From Mesotaenium endlicherianum (Eukaryota), in assembly GCA_009602735.1 (NCBI GenBank), contig WELA01003606.1, positions 613,076-653,438 on the forward strand: DNA of 40,363 bases, in the 5' to 3' direction. The notes under the pieces were generated by a model. It made no database searches. It was not told the DNA's origin and saw only the letters and a list, made by a program, of their open reading frames with translations. The translations under genes and the position numbers were made by a program. Shown piece after piece: positions 10,330-23,224 of this stretch. Position 1 is the first letter of the stretch. Each line of letters opens with the position of its first letter.

Positions 10330-12991
10330 TCATTTTTTCCTCTTTGTGGTTCTTGCAGGCTGCCTCCAAGGGGTCTTCTGCTGCTTCTTGATGATGGCAG
10401 GCTGCCTCCCTGAAGTCTTTGGGCTTCTAGTAGAGAGACTTGGGGCTGGTTCAAGATGGGGGTTGGCGGCATGGAAGAGTTTCAGCTTTCTCTGAACTTT
10501 GTCAAGGTAGTGCGCCGCCACCCAACTATTCTCCGAATCTGGATATCCTTTCCACTTGATCAAGTATTGCTGCTGTATCCTGAAATTTCTCATAGCTACT
10601 ATGTCTTCCACTTCGTACTCCAAATGATCATCCACTATTGTTGGGGCTGGTGGGGTTGTCACTCGTCCTGGGAACTTGTTGTCGCGTTGCACATATGGCT
10701 TGAAGAGGGAAGCATGGAACACGGGGTCGATGTGCATAGTCTGGGGAAGCTCTAGCTTGAAAGCAACTGGGTTGACTTTCTGGATTATCTTGAAGGGTCC
10801 CAAATACTTGGGAAAGAACTTGCTGCCGGCATGCTTGTTGTTATGAGAAATGTTCTTGGATGATAGTAACACTGCGTGGCCCACTTTGTATGTAATTTCT
10901 CTTCTAGCCCTGTTTGCCATTTTTGCTTGAGCATCTTGCGCGTGTTGTAAAGCTTTTGTGGCTGCTGCAAGGGCTTCTTCTAATGTCTCCATAAAATCTG
11001 CCGCTGCAGGTACTTCATCATAGCCAGCCGTGAAGCTCAGCGGCGTGGTCGGATGGAAGCCATAGTTGAGGAAGAAAGGGGACTCTTGGGTAGAGGCTTG
11101 CGTCGTGTTGTTGTAGGCAAACAGCAAAGGGGTCAAGTACATGTCCCAGTCTTGCTCCAGAGTAGACACGTAGGCCTTTAGAGAGGTCTTGAGAGTACGA
11201 TTCATACGCTCTGTTTGTCCATTAGATTGCGGGTGGTAGGCAGTGGACATATCCAGCGATGTACCCAAGTTCTTGAAGAGATATTTCCAGAAATGGCTTG
11301 TGAATCTCGGGTCGCAATCAGACATTATTCTTGATGGCAGGCCATGTAATCGAAAAATATTGTCAAAGATGAGTCTTGCTAACTAGGGGGCCGTAACCTT
11401 AATCGTTGTTGGGATGAAATGAGCCATCTGTGTAAGTCTGTCCACCACTGTTAATATTGCATTGTAGCCGCGTGATGTCACTGGCAAGTCCACAATGAGG
11501 TCCATGGAGATGTCTGTCCACTGTCTCTTGGGGAGTGGTAGGGGTTGAAGAAGTCCTCCCGCTTTTTGTGATGATGGTTTGATTCTTTGGCATGTGTCGC
11601 AGCTCCTGCAGTACTCCTTGACTTGCTTAGACATTCCTGGCCAGCAATAAGTCCTTGCGAGCACGCCCGTGGTCTTTAATATTCCAAAGTGACCTACAAG
11701 TGGGTTGTCGTGTGCTTCTCGAAGTAACAAGAGTCGTAGCTCTTTATTATTAGGCACGCATCTCTGTCCCGTATCTTGTCTCACCCAATAGTTTCCTTCT
11801 TTCTTCTTGTGTGGGTCAAGGGCTGCCTCGCTATTCGTGTAATAAGGGTCCGCATCATAGGCGGCAGAAAATTGAGCTTCCACATCTGTACTCAGGGATG
11901 TCATCACTGCATATATTTGCAGTTTAAAGAGGGGGTCAGCCGGGTTCGTCTTGCCGGGCTGGTACTGAATCGTGATGTTGTACTGTTGCAAGTATTCACT
12001 CCATCTTGCTTGTCTTTGTGAGAGATACGGCTGCGTCTGGAGGTGCTTCAACGCCTCGTGGTCCGTAGTGACCAGCACCTTGCGTCCTTCAACGTAGCAG
12101 CGCCAAACCTTTAAGGCAAGAATAATTGCCAATGCCTCTTGCTCCGTGGTTGTATAATTCTGCTCGGCTGGATTTAGCTTCTTTGACTCGTAGGCGATGG
12201 GTTGCAGTCCCTTGCCTTGGTCTGAAGCAGGATTGCTCCTATTGCATAGGAAGATGTATCGGTGATGACGTGGAAGGGCCAGTCTGGGTTTGGACTTGGG
12301 AGTGTGAGCACCGGGGATGTGGTCAATCTTTGCTTCAACTCTTGAAATGCCTCTTCCTCTTTCTTGGTCCATGTATATAGCCTGTCCTTCTTGAGTAGAT
12401 CTGTCAGGGGGCTTGCTATGTGCGAGAAGCTCTGGATGAATCTCCTGTACCAATTGGCAAATCCCAAGAATGATTGGAGTTCTTTCTTGGTCGTGGGGGT
12501 TGGCCATTCCTCCACCACCGTGGTCTTCCTGGGGTCCATCTTGATGCCATCAACAGTCACGTGGAGACCTAGGAACTCCACTTCTTGTTTGGCAAACTCG
12601 CACTTTGACTCCTTTGCAAATAGCTTGTTTTGCTTCAGGATTTTGAGCACTTCTTTCACGTGTCTTCCATGCTCTTCAAGGGTCTTGCTGTAAATGAGAA
12701 TGTTGTCAATGAATACCACCACAAATCTGTCCAGCAGGGGCTGAAATATGGTGTTCATCATAGTCATGTAAGTTGCTGGTGCATTGGTGAGTCCAAATGG
12801 CAGACCACGAACTCAAAATGTCCATATCTTGTCCTGAATGCTGTCTTCTCTATGTCCGGTTCTGCGATGCAAATCTGGTGATAGCCGCTCCATAAGTCAA
12901 TCTTCGTGAAGAACTTGGCTCCAATTAGCCGGTCCATTAGCTCATCCATGCGCGGCAGCGGGTAGCGATTCTTGATGGTGATCTTGTTGAG
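10330..12991 (-). pseudogene. Element A RT C-terminus, RNase H, integrase and chromodomain
   Basis: [16 protein letters not shown] (mutated FIDD), AYESKKL, HPQSNGQTER, GPF motif, EYEVEDI..YLIKWKGY..NSW; frameshifts and stops. Confidence 0.92.
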
Positions 12992-13740
12992 TGTAAGGTC
13001 ATAGGTTTATAAAGTGCATTTTCGAGTTTCATGAAAGTATGTTTTGATTGCATAGAAGTCTAGAGTGCATGTTTTTGGTCATTTTGATATGATACAAAGT
13101 TCATCGAATTTGGTCAAGTATTGAGAGAGTTATGGATTTCCAAAATTTAATTAGTTTTGAGGTCAGTTGACGATTGTCCTTAATTCGCGGTGAGCGCCAC
13201 CGTCGGATTGACCGACAGCGTCGAGCGATCTGGCCCGTTAGAATAAACTCGAACCTTCACGTAAGTTTGGCTGACGCGGAGTGCCGACTAGGTCGATTTA
13301 CCTAGAAGTTTTGGTTTAGCCTAGCGCGTCTAAGATAGAATATTCTAGTAATGTCGATGCATGTATGTGGACGTCAATTCGGCCCGACACGTCAGATTAG
13401 ACCGATCTGGCTTACTCACGAATATTGTGGAAGGGACGATTTGACGAACACTTAAGAAAATCCGTAGCTTCCCTCTAGAGAGGAGCATTTAGGCAGAAAA
13501 TTATAAATAGGCATAACTTCTTTGTTTCTTATCAGTTTTCACTTCTGTAAATTTCTACGGGTTTGTATTGACAACGCCTTTCATCCTATATCATTTGTGA
13601 GCAGTTTCTTGCTACTCAAAATGGTGAGTAATTTTCCTAAGCTTTGTTAGTGATATGCCGCTGCACTCTTTAGTATGATTGCAACTAGTTCCTTTCCTCG
13701 TGAATCACTACGCTTCCACTAGGGCACTTTGCCCCTTTCA
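12992..13740 (+). repeat. Element B 5' LTR
   Basis: ~95% identical by eye to 25819-26557; TATA-like ttataaatag near 13501. Confidence 0.95.
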
Positions 13741-13742
13741 CC

Positions 13743-13754
13743 TGGTATCGGAGC
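13743..13754 (+). promoter_or_regulatory. Element B primer-binding site (tRNA-iMet type)
   Basis: TGGTATCGGAGC, 2 nt after the LTR. Confidence 0.88.
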
Positions 13755-13855
13755 TAAGCTAGTTTGCATATTATATTAAGGAGTCGCAGCCGGCAGTTGG
13801 AGGAGGCGAACATGTCGAACATGTTGAGCGCGCGAGACAGCAGGCAGCACCAACA

Positions 13856-14808
13856 ATGACAAGGGAGCAACAAGAGATGCAGGCGATGTTAAGGCAACTG
13901 GCGAATGTAATTGCAGGAGAAGTCTACACCCAATTTCTACAAAATATGCGCGAGGAGGTGGAGAGAATGGTGCGAGTTGTTATGGGGAACGCCGCTTCGA
14001 CGAGTTCGGCACCTACACCTGTTGTGCCACCAATTCATGTTAACCCAGTGGTGCAACCGATTATTCCATCCGCATCGGGAGTGCGTGCGTCTAAGCCTGA
14101 AGTTTATATTGGAGAGCGTGGATCGCCGCCTGTTCATCAATGGATTTTTGGAGTAAAGAAGTTTATGGAGTATTCTGCGCTCACGCCCGACAGGCAAGTT
14201 GCCTTTGTCATAACTTTGCTGCAGAAGAGTGCTGGAGCTTGGTATGAACGAGAAGAGCAGCTGTCCGGAGTTCTTGCTACTATTGATCTGCTATTTGAAG
14301 GCTTGAAGAGGCAATTTCAACCTATTGCATCGTGGCTACGGCTCAAGATCTATTGGTGCGTCTTCGTCAACGAGGAAGCGTTCAGGAGTATGTTTCGCGC
14401 TTCAACGAGCTGGTGCTTCAATGTCCATCCATGCACGAGTCGGAGATGATGGACAACTTCAAGAGGGGACTCAAGCCAACTGTGGCCAAGAAAGTGGCGC
14501 TCAAAGACCTTACTAGTCTTGGAGAAATGATTGCATTGGCAACAAGAGTCGACGCTGTGGAGTATAGTCAGAGGCAGTGGGGCAGCCACAACTTTGGAGG
14601 ATATCGACACTTTGGACCTCAAGCGCCAAGCACGAGTGGACAAGGTCCAATACCTATGGAGTCGGGACTTGTACAGTACCAGCGCAGGCTGCAGAATATG
14701 AAGCCGAGAGGACCCTGCTATAATTGCGGCAAGCTTGGACATCTGGCTCGAGACTGTCATGTGAAGGCAAAGCAACCTCAACAGCAGGAAAAAGGAGGAC
14801 GCGAGTAA
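13856..14808 (+). pseudogene. Element B gag with CCHC zinc knuckle
   Basis: SKPEVYIG, LRQRGSVQEYVSRF, CYNCGKLGHLARDC; frameshift near 14335. Confidence 0.88.
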
Positions 14809-17690
14809 GTCGTTCTGGGGCGTCTACTGGCGTGAAGACGGGAACTCACAAGGAGGTTATCCCCAGGAGCCTGCCAAGAAGGGAAAGACAAGATGTTGAC
14901 AAGCCTATTATCGTGGAAGGAGTGGTCGACGGCAACAAGGCGAAGTGTATGGTCGACAGTGGCACAAGTGCAAACTTTGTGCAGAAGAAGCTGGTGAAAG
15001 AGTGGCGAATCCCTGTGCAGAAGCATTATGAGCCTAAGGAGGCAATTTTGGCGAATAGGCAGAGACTCAAGTGTGGTGCACCTATGGAAGCTATTCACGT
15101 GGAAGGAGCGGGACACCGGAGTAAGGAAGTTATGGAACAGGCAGAGTTGGGTCACCATGAGGTGATATTGGGCTGACCATGGCTACGAAGAGCCAACCCT
15201 CAAGTGCACTGGAGCACAGGACAAGTGGAGATCCAAGGGCGTGATGGTCGAATGGAGACAGCGAAACAGGTGGAGGTAGATACGACCACAAGTAACTGTC
15301 TTCTATCGAGCCTGCAAGTTAAGGAGCTATGCAGGACAAATCAGGTGAAGGAGATGTACCTTGTTTCGGTGGCCCTGGCCAGGTCATCAGATGGAGCAAG
15401 CGTGAATCCTAACAGCCTGGGCGAATGTACATCGTCGGAGGAGCAAGTAGTGGTGTCTGATCCCCTTGCTCAGAAGGAGCAGAGCCCAACTGCTCAAGCG
15501 AAGAAGCCTGCTGAGATGCCTGCCCAAATTAAGGCACTGTCGGAGGAGTTCAAGTGCATATTTCCTGAGGAGCTACCTGCAGGATTACCTCCACAGAGAG
15601 CTATGGAGCACAAGATTGAGTTGGAAACAGGGAGCAGGCAACCAGTGAGACCCGCCTATCGTCAATCGTTTGCGGAGTTGGACGAGTTGAAGAAGCAGCT
15701 GACAGAGTTGTTGGAGAAGGGATTCATTCGACCCAGCGAGTCTCCATTTGCTACGCCAGTTTTATTTGTGAAGAAGAAGGATGGGACTATGAGGATGTGT
15801 GTCGACTACCGGGCTCTCAACAAGGTCACCATCAAGAACAGGTATCCACTTCCACGAGTGGACGAGTTGATTGACAGGCTTGTCGGGGCGAAGTATTTCT
15901 CGAAGATCGATTTGAGGAGTGGCTATCACCAGGTACGGATTGCGGAAGGAAACGTTCAGGAGACTGCTTTCAGGACTCGCTATGGTTTGTTCGAGTTCAC
16001 AGTCATGCCTTTTGGATTGACTAATGCACCTGCTACATTTATGGGACTCCTGAATACTCTCCTCAGACCCCATTTGGACCAGTTTGTGGTGGTATTTTTG
16101 GACGACATCTTGATCTATTCGAAAACCTTGGAGGAGCATCTGGACATCTGAGGAAGGTGTTGGAGGTCTTGAGAGAATAGAAGCTGTATGGGAAGATGAG
16201 CAAGTTCGACACTGTCTCAAGGAGGTGGAGTTTCTTGGACACATAGTGGGAGTTGAAGGAGTCAAGGTGGAGCAGAAGAAGGTGCAAGCAGTCAGAGATT
16301 GGCCGGTACCTGCTGATATTCATCAACTCAGGAGTTTCCTCGGCTTGGCAAATTATCGACGTTTCATTGAAGGATTTGCCAAGGTGTGTGCACCGCTCAC
16401 GGACATGTTGAAGAAGCAGGAGAAGTGGCTATGGGGTGACAAGGAGCAGCAAGCATTTGAGAAGATTAAGGAGTTATTGACACAGGCACCTGTGTTGGCA
16501 ATCGCCAGTCCAGTGCTTCCTTTCACCATCATCACGGACGCATCAAGCTTTGCAGTGGGAGCCATTCTTCTCCAGGACCAAGGCAAAGGATTGCAGCCTG
16601 TGGCATATGAGAGCAGGAAGTTGAGTCCTGCTGAGCAAAACTATGCAGCACACGAGCGGGAGATGTTGGCTATTATCCAGGCTTTGAGGAATTGGCGATG
16701 TTATGTGGACGGCCGGAAGGTGTTCATCAAGACCAACCGCAAGAGCTTGGAGAAGTTTATGACACAGCCAATGTTGACACCAAGACAGGCAAGGTGGATG
16801 GAGTTTCTGCAACAGTTTGACCACAAGATTGAGTACTTACCTGGGAAGATCAACCCTGCAGACGCTTTATCCAAGAGGTGTGACCTTGCAGCTGTCTCAG
16901 TCATCAAGGAGAGTATGGACTTCAAGGAGAAGCTTCAGAAAGGTTATGAGGAGGACCTTGAGTTTGCTGATGGTGGAGCAGCTGAGTTCAACTTGAGTAT
17001 GCAGAAGAAGGACGGCATATGGTATTATGGTGATTCCAAGAAAGTGGTGGTACTTGACATCAAGGAGTTACACGACCTGCTACTTGCGGAGCATCATGAT
17101 TGCTTATATGCTGGACACTTTGGAAGCGAGAAGACGGCAAGCGTGCTGAAGCGGGAGTACTGCTGAAGAAGTATGGACAAGGACATCGAGGAGTGGATCA
17201 GGAGTTGTGATGCGTGCCAGAAAACAAAGACACCAAATCAACAGAAGGGAGGTACATTGCAGCCCCTGCCTATTCCAGAGTATCCTTGGGAGCAGATTGC
17301 TATGGACTTCATCACATCGTTACCAGTCAGTGGTCAGGAGTGATTGTTTCAGATCGGGATCCAAGGTTTATTAGCAACTTTTGGCGGTCATTGTTTACTT
17401 TGATGGGGACCAAGCTGAGTATGAGCACTTCCTATCACCCTCAGACAGACGGGCAGAGTGAGAGGCTCAACAGAACTCTGCAAGAGGTGCTCAGGAGTTT
17501 CACTATGGAAGACCCTTCGAAGTGGGACAAGAAGCTACCAGGGTTGGAGTTTGCCTACAAGAACAGCATGCAAGGATCCACCAAGCAGTCACCATTTGCT
17601 ATGGTTAATGGGCGAGAAGTATATCATCCAGGGAACATCTTGTTGGAGAAGGCCAAGGAGACTCAGGTTCCTACTACACAAGCTTTTATG
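14790..17690 (+). pseudogene. Element B pol (PR, RT, RH, IN 5' part), in the -1 frame relative to gag
   Basis: [39 protein letters not shown]. Stops at 15174 and 17164, frameshifts, and an internal integrase deletion near 17340. Confidence 0.92.
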
Positions 17691-18349
17691 CAGGGTTACG
17701 CCGTACGCTTGTACGCTTAGTTTGACTAATACGCTAGTTCGCTTAGATCGGTGTTCAAAAAAATGGACTAGTTCGCTTAATACGCTTAGTACGCTAACGT
17801 CAGGACAGTGTCGACGTCCAGTAGCTACGGCGTCGACGCTTCATGTCGGTCGCACGTGTAAAATAACCACGTCGTGTCAGACTGTTTATTTCGTTCAAAA
17901 TGGCAGGGTATTTTTTTCAGGCAATTTTGGACTTTTCTCTGCCCGCTTTGCAGCTACAAGTCGCAAAAAGTATTTGTACCTTCATCTAATAGACGTCGGC
18001 GAGCGCGTTTGAACACCCGCCACCGGGTGCAGGGATGGGTCAATACCCAACGTGCCATGCATGTTTCTCTGACATATATGTATCAGGGTTTTTTATGGAG
18101 CTTATAAGTCGGACATGTTGCAGGAATAAATGGTGGAAAACAATTTCAAAAAAGGTAAACTACTGTTGGCTTCGGGCGCCAGCCGACGGTCTTGAACCCC
18201 CGCCACCGGCTGGAGGGAGCGACGCCTTACCAATGTTTCGTATTATGCAATATGTATTGGACTTCCGCGTTTGACTATTATATTTGAATTTTATTTACTG
18301 CTTTTCCATGTACAATTCGACGACATCAATCATGCCAAAGCTGGAAGGG

Positions 18350-18725
18350 CCGCTTAGCAGAGCTATTTTTTGTACTTCCTAACTTATTTCTAAGTTGAAT
18401 TAGGACACTTAGGAGTATCATTACTTCTTAATCGAGTAGAAGAAGCTTCAATGAAGAGGTATAGATATGATTTAATTTCTTAGCAAGCATGTGTAAGAAT
18501 TAGGAAGTTCTTATAAATGCCACATTTAAGAATGACTGAACTTCAACTTATAATTATTTTCATACGCACTAACATTGGGAGAACCGCTTAGCAGAGCATG
18601 GTTTTTTGTACGTTCTAACTAGCTGATTGATTCAAAAAAAAGACTTAGAAGTATCATTACTTCTCATACGAGTAAAATAAGCTTTAATGAAGACAAACAT
18701 GATTTAAACTCTTAGCAAGCATGCA
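18350..18725. repeat. ~140-bp direct duplication in the hAT 3' region
   Basis: ccgcttagcagag...gtatcattacttct...cttagcaagcatg at ~18351-18492 and ~18584-18724. Confidence 0.75.
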
Positions 18726-18896
18726 TGAGAGGTTAGAGGTAATCCATATAATGTAAATCATTCACACAAAGTGCAACATTGCATGAAGTCATAATGCACC
18801 AAATATTAATTGCAAATGTATTCATTTTCTCAACTTCCATTCTCTTTAATATGTACATGCTACCTTTACAACATACAAGTTAGCTGACCGACACAT

Positions 18897-21308
18897 CTAG
18901 TAACCAATCGCTCTTGGCCTTCTTCTTCCTAGAGCTGAAACACTAGGTCGCTCCTCCACCTCCTCTTCCTCTACCTCCATCTCCTCTTCCTCACTCAACG
19001 AGGCATGTATGGCAAGATTGAGACCCTCCTTTTCGGGTGTCTCTAAGAACTCCGCTTCTTCAACCCATGGAGTGACGCCGACACTTGGTCCAAGGAAGTC
19101 CAAACTCTTCTCCTGAAGTCTCAACATAGAATGCACATACACTAACTTCTTTGCTCTAGTAGGGAGCAGCCTATTGCGAAGTGGACTGTGAACAAACCCG
19201 TACTCAGACCAATTTCTCTCACATGCAGCTGCTGAACCAGGTTGCGACAATATCCTCATAGCAAGAAGTTGAAGATTAGGACAATGACTTCCATATGTTT
19301 CCCACCACTTGTGAGCAGGCATCATGGTCTTATTAGCCTTGCAAACATCATCGCCAAAAATGTCACCGCTCTGTCGGTAGAGCGCCAACTCTCGATCCAC
19401 CAACGCTCGGTCAAGCACACTTCCTCCGACAAGGGTATTCCGCACGTTGGACCAATCAGTTAGTAGACACTTCTCAACTGCCCAAGACTCATGGTCTTGG
19501 AACTCGGGGTCCAGATAGTAGCCTGTAGCCAAACAAAGTCAAGAAGCAAACTCAATATATAACAACACAATGCACTTCACAAAAAAGAGAGCAATAACAA
19601 TAGCAAGCACAATAACAAGAACAATGACCAACACACAATAACAAGCATGCAAGAGAACAACAGCCGCCGAGCAAGAGAGGTGAGCAACGTCAGAATAGAC
19701 CTTTTACCCGCAGAATGTAGGGGGCTGTGAAGCTGGTCCCATCGAGCCTTCACGTCCTTCTTAACTTGGGTTCTTTGTGCCGGTTTGAGTCCTTCAACCT
19801 CAAGCACATGCTCTTTAATGGCACTCATGCGAGCCCAGATCTTCCCAAGAGAAGGTTGTGGAGAGTCGACTAGTCGAAGGAGAACTACAATCGGCTCACA
19901 CACGTCTACCCATACCTTCACTCGCTCCCAAAGTTCATCGTCACGAACTAGGTCTCTAATGTTTGTAGCCTCGCCTAAACAACCGTTCATGACCGCCCAC
20001 TCAAGCCACCTACTGTCAGACACCATAGCTTGTAAGGTATCCCTCACAACGATGAGTCTTTGCAAGCAAAGGAAGTTACTGGCAAACCTTGTGGGTCCTG
20101 GCTTCAACAACTCTAGTTTATTTTTTAGCCTTGCCCCATGCTCACGGTAAAGAGCGTGAGGCATGTGGTGGTTTGCAACAAACTGGACCAAGTGCTTGAA
20201 GCTATCGATTATGCCCTCTAGCTCTTTTATCTTTCCTAGGTCTTTCAACAGCAGGTCCAAAACATGAGCAGCACAAGGCGTCCAATATATGTGCGGGTGC
20301 TTCTCGCGAACCACATTACAACCAGCTACAATGTTAGCTGCAGAGTCTGTGCAAAGCTGTACGACATGATCAGCCCCTACCTTCTCCACGGCCTCAAGCA
20401 GGTGATAACCAATATAATCACCCGTCTTCCTGGCACCCTCAGTGTTGATAGCATCCATGAACATCTCAGTGCCTCCCACAACCATAAGCACGTTAAGAAG
20501 AGGATGCCCGCATGGATCGGTCCACCCATCTGCTACAATGCTACAACCCGTCAATGGTAGTCCTTTTTTCTGTTTCTCCTCCCAAGCTTCTATCTTCAAG
20601 ACCTCTTTATCTAGTAGGGTACTTCCGAGAGGCTTATCCTTCATAGGGACATACATTAAACCAATTTCCTGAGTGTACTTACTGANTTAAACCAATTTCG
20701 TGAGTGTACTTACTGACAGCAACCAACATGTCCCTAAAGAACTCACTGCGAGCAACATTGAATGATGAACCAGTACCATAGAAGAAGCGAGCGACAATCT
20801 CATGGACATTCTCAGCATTCATCTTTTGGAACATGTCACTTAGAGAGGTCTGCCCTGTCTCCCTGCCTAAGGAAAGGGACCCCCCAACACTTGCACATGC
20901 TGAGCCACTAGCACCAGTATCCCATTCATGCACACGCTTTCGTGCAGCTTGTATGGTACTCTTCCTAAGTCGCGTTCCTAATAGAGAACTAGCCATACCC
21001 TTGCTACGGCTAATCATGAGATTTAGAACTTCATCGAGAACCTCCTCACACTGACTAACATCCTTACAGCCTCCCGTGAAATGGCCACGAATCCGCTTGA
21101 CTCCACCGGTAAACTCCCTGGGGCAGTAGTTGCACTTCACCTTTGGATATGAATTCTTGGACTTGGCTTCCACAACGATGGTCACATGGCCCCACTCTGG
21201 ACCAGACCTTGCAGCAATTGCTCTAGGGGGCAGACGAGCGGTCAAAGCTCCAGTGAATACCCTCATTCCAGAAAGCGTTGCTCCGGACGAAGTGGATGGT
21301 TGAGACAT
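18897..21308 (-). CDS. hAT transposase (BED zinc finger, DUF659-type RNase H core, hATC dimerisation domain), ~731 aa after splicing and artefact correction
   Basis: ATG at 21308; VKCNYC..H..C, ADGWTD, CTDSAAN, PCAAHVLDL. Intron 19523-19707 (gtaaaa...ctacag) restores LHSAGYYLDP. WWETYG and ACERNWS follow. The only break is a 30-bp duplication plus a single N at 20686. Confidence 0.9.
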
Positions 21309-21399
21309 GATACGCGTGAAACCTGCAATAACGGAGAACAGCAACCAGTAAGAGACAAAAGAATATGCCAGTCAAACAAGCAAAAGAGCAACAATAGGC

Positions 21400-22100
21400 A
21401 AGCAAGAGAGCAGGAAGCCCCAACAAAAGCAAGCAAGGGGCTGGCAGCCCGCCCGCACTAAAACCCTAAATAGCAAGCAAAGGCAAGCTAGCCCGCCTTG
21501 ACTAAAATCTTAAGACAGCAAGCAAGGGACTGGCAGCCAGCCCTGACAAAGCAAGCAAGGGGCTGACAACCAGCCCCGACAAGACTCAAAAGCAAGTTCG
21601 GGGCTAACAGCCAGCCCCGACAAAACTAAGCAAGGCGTTGGCAGCCCGCCCTCACTATTACCCTGAACAGCAAGCAAAGGCAAGCCAACCCGCCCCGACT
21701 AAAACCCTAAGAAAGCAAGCAAGGGGCTGACAACCAGCCTCGACAAAACTCAAAAGCAAGTCCGGGGCTAACAGCCAGTCCCGACAAAACTAAGCAAGGC
21801 GCTGGCAGCCCGCCCCCACTAAAATCCTAAACAGCAAGCAAAGGCAAACCAGCCCGCCCTGACTGTAACCCTAAGACAACAGGCAAGGGACTGGCAGCCA
21901 GCCCTGACAAAAGCAAGCAAGGGGCTGACAACCAGCCCCGACAAGACTCAACAGCAAGCTCGGGGCTAACAGCCAGCCCCACAAAACCAAGCAAGGGGCT
22001 AGCAGCTCGCCCTGACAAGAGCATGCAAGGGGCTGCTGCAGCAAAGCAGCAGCCAGCCCGCCCTGACCAGAGCATGCAAGGGGCGGCTGCAGCACAAAAG
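21400..22100. repeat. Palindromic minisatellite block 1 (more degenerate)
   Basis: Units of aagcaaggggctggcagccagcccc plus a short A-rich linker. Confidence 0.9.
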
Positions 22101-23224
22101 ACAGACTGCCCCGACCAAAGCAAGAGAAAAATACGCAAGGGAGGGAGACGCAGGGGAAGGGGGGGGGACCTGAAACACTTGTTGGAGATTGGCTGCGTGT
22201 GGATTGGCGCAAGGCCTGCCGACTCGCTCGTTTTGAACTTGGGCTGCTTCACACATAAGAGAAGGGACAATGTACACACATGTAAGATAGACAACAGCAC
22301 ACCAGCAAGAGCACGGTGCTGCAGCCAGACAGCCCCAACCAAAACAAGCAAGGGGCAACTGTAGCACAGCAGCAGCCAGACAGCATGCCAGACAGCCCCA
22401 CTCAAAAAAGCAAGGGGCGCGCGGACGCCACTACCAGTAAGAACAGGGCAAAGAGGGAGAAAGGAGATAGGGAAGGGCATGGCACCTGATGCGCGTGTCG
22501 GAAGACGTATGTGCACCAATGAGGGGTGAGTCTGGTAGCTTCTTTTTCACGCCTTCCTCACTGATACAAGACACACAAAAGGGCATAGGGTCGTCAAAAC
22601 AGCAGCAGCAATCCCAATCAAGCAAGCAAGGGGCGAGCTGCTGCAGCACCACAGCAGCCAGACAGCATGCACCAGACAGCATGCAAAGGGCGGCTGCTGC
22701 AGCCAGACAGCAGGGCGGCAGCCAGCCCCACCAACAGCAAATAAGGGGCTGGCAGCCAGTCCCAACACAAGCAAGCAAGGGGCTGGCAGCCAGCCCCCAC
22801 AGAAGAAAGCAAGGGGCTGGCAGCCAGCCCCGACCACAGCAAACAAGGGGCACGAGAGAGAACGGGAAAGAGGAAGGAGGATTAAGGCACCTGTTCACGT
22901 GTCAATGTCGCTCATGCGTCAATGGGCACACGTGGGGTAGGCACAAGGGGGGTCTACTCGCTCCTTATTGTCTTGCCCTGCTTCACAAAAGACAAAAAAG
23001 GAGACAAAGCTGTAAAAAGATGCAACAGACAGCTAGCCCTAATCTACAGGACACAAACACGCAAGCACGAGGGAGAAAGTTCACAATCAGTAGAACAACA
23101 AATGTGCAATGGGTGCACAAAAACAGCAGCCGAGTTAGAAAAGGAAGGAAGCAAGAATGAACAACACAGGCACAGCAGGTTGCAGATAGAGCTGGTGCAA
23201 ATGTGGACTAAAATCTCAAAATTG

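Noticed and set aside
20656..20716. Frameshift or programmed recoding in the hAT transposase
   Set aside because: A 30-bp duplication around a single N is a contig-overlap artefact.
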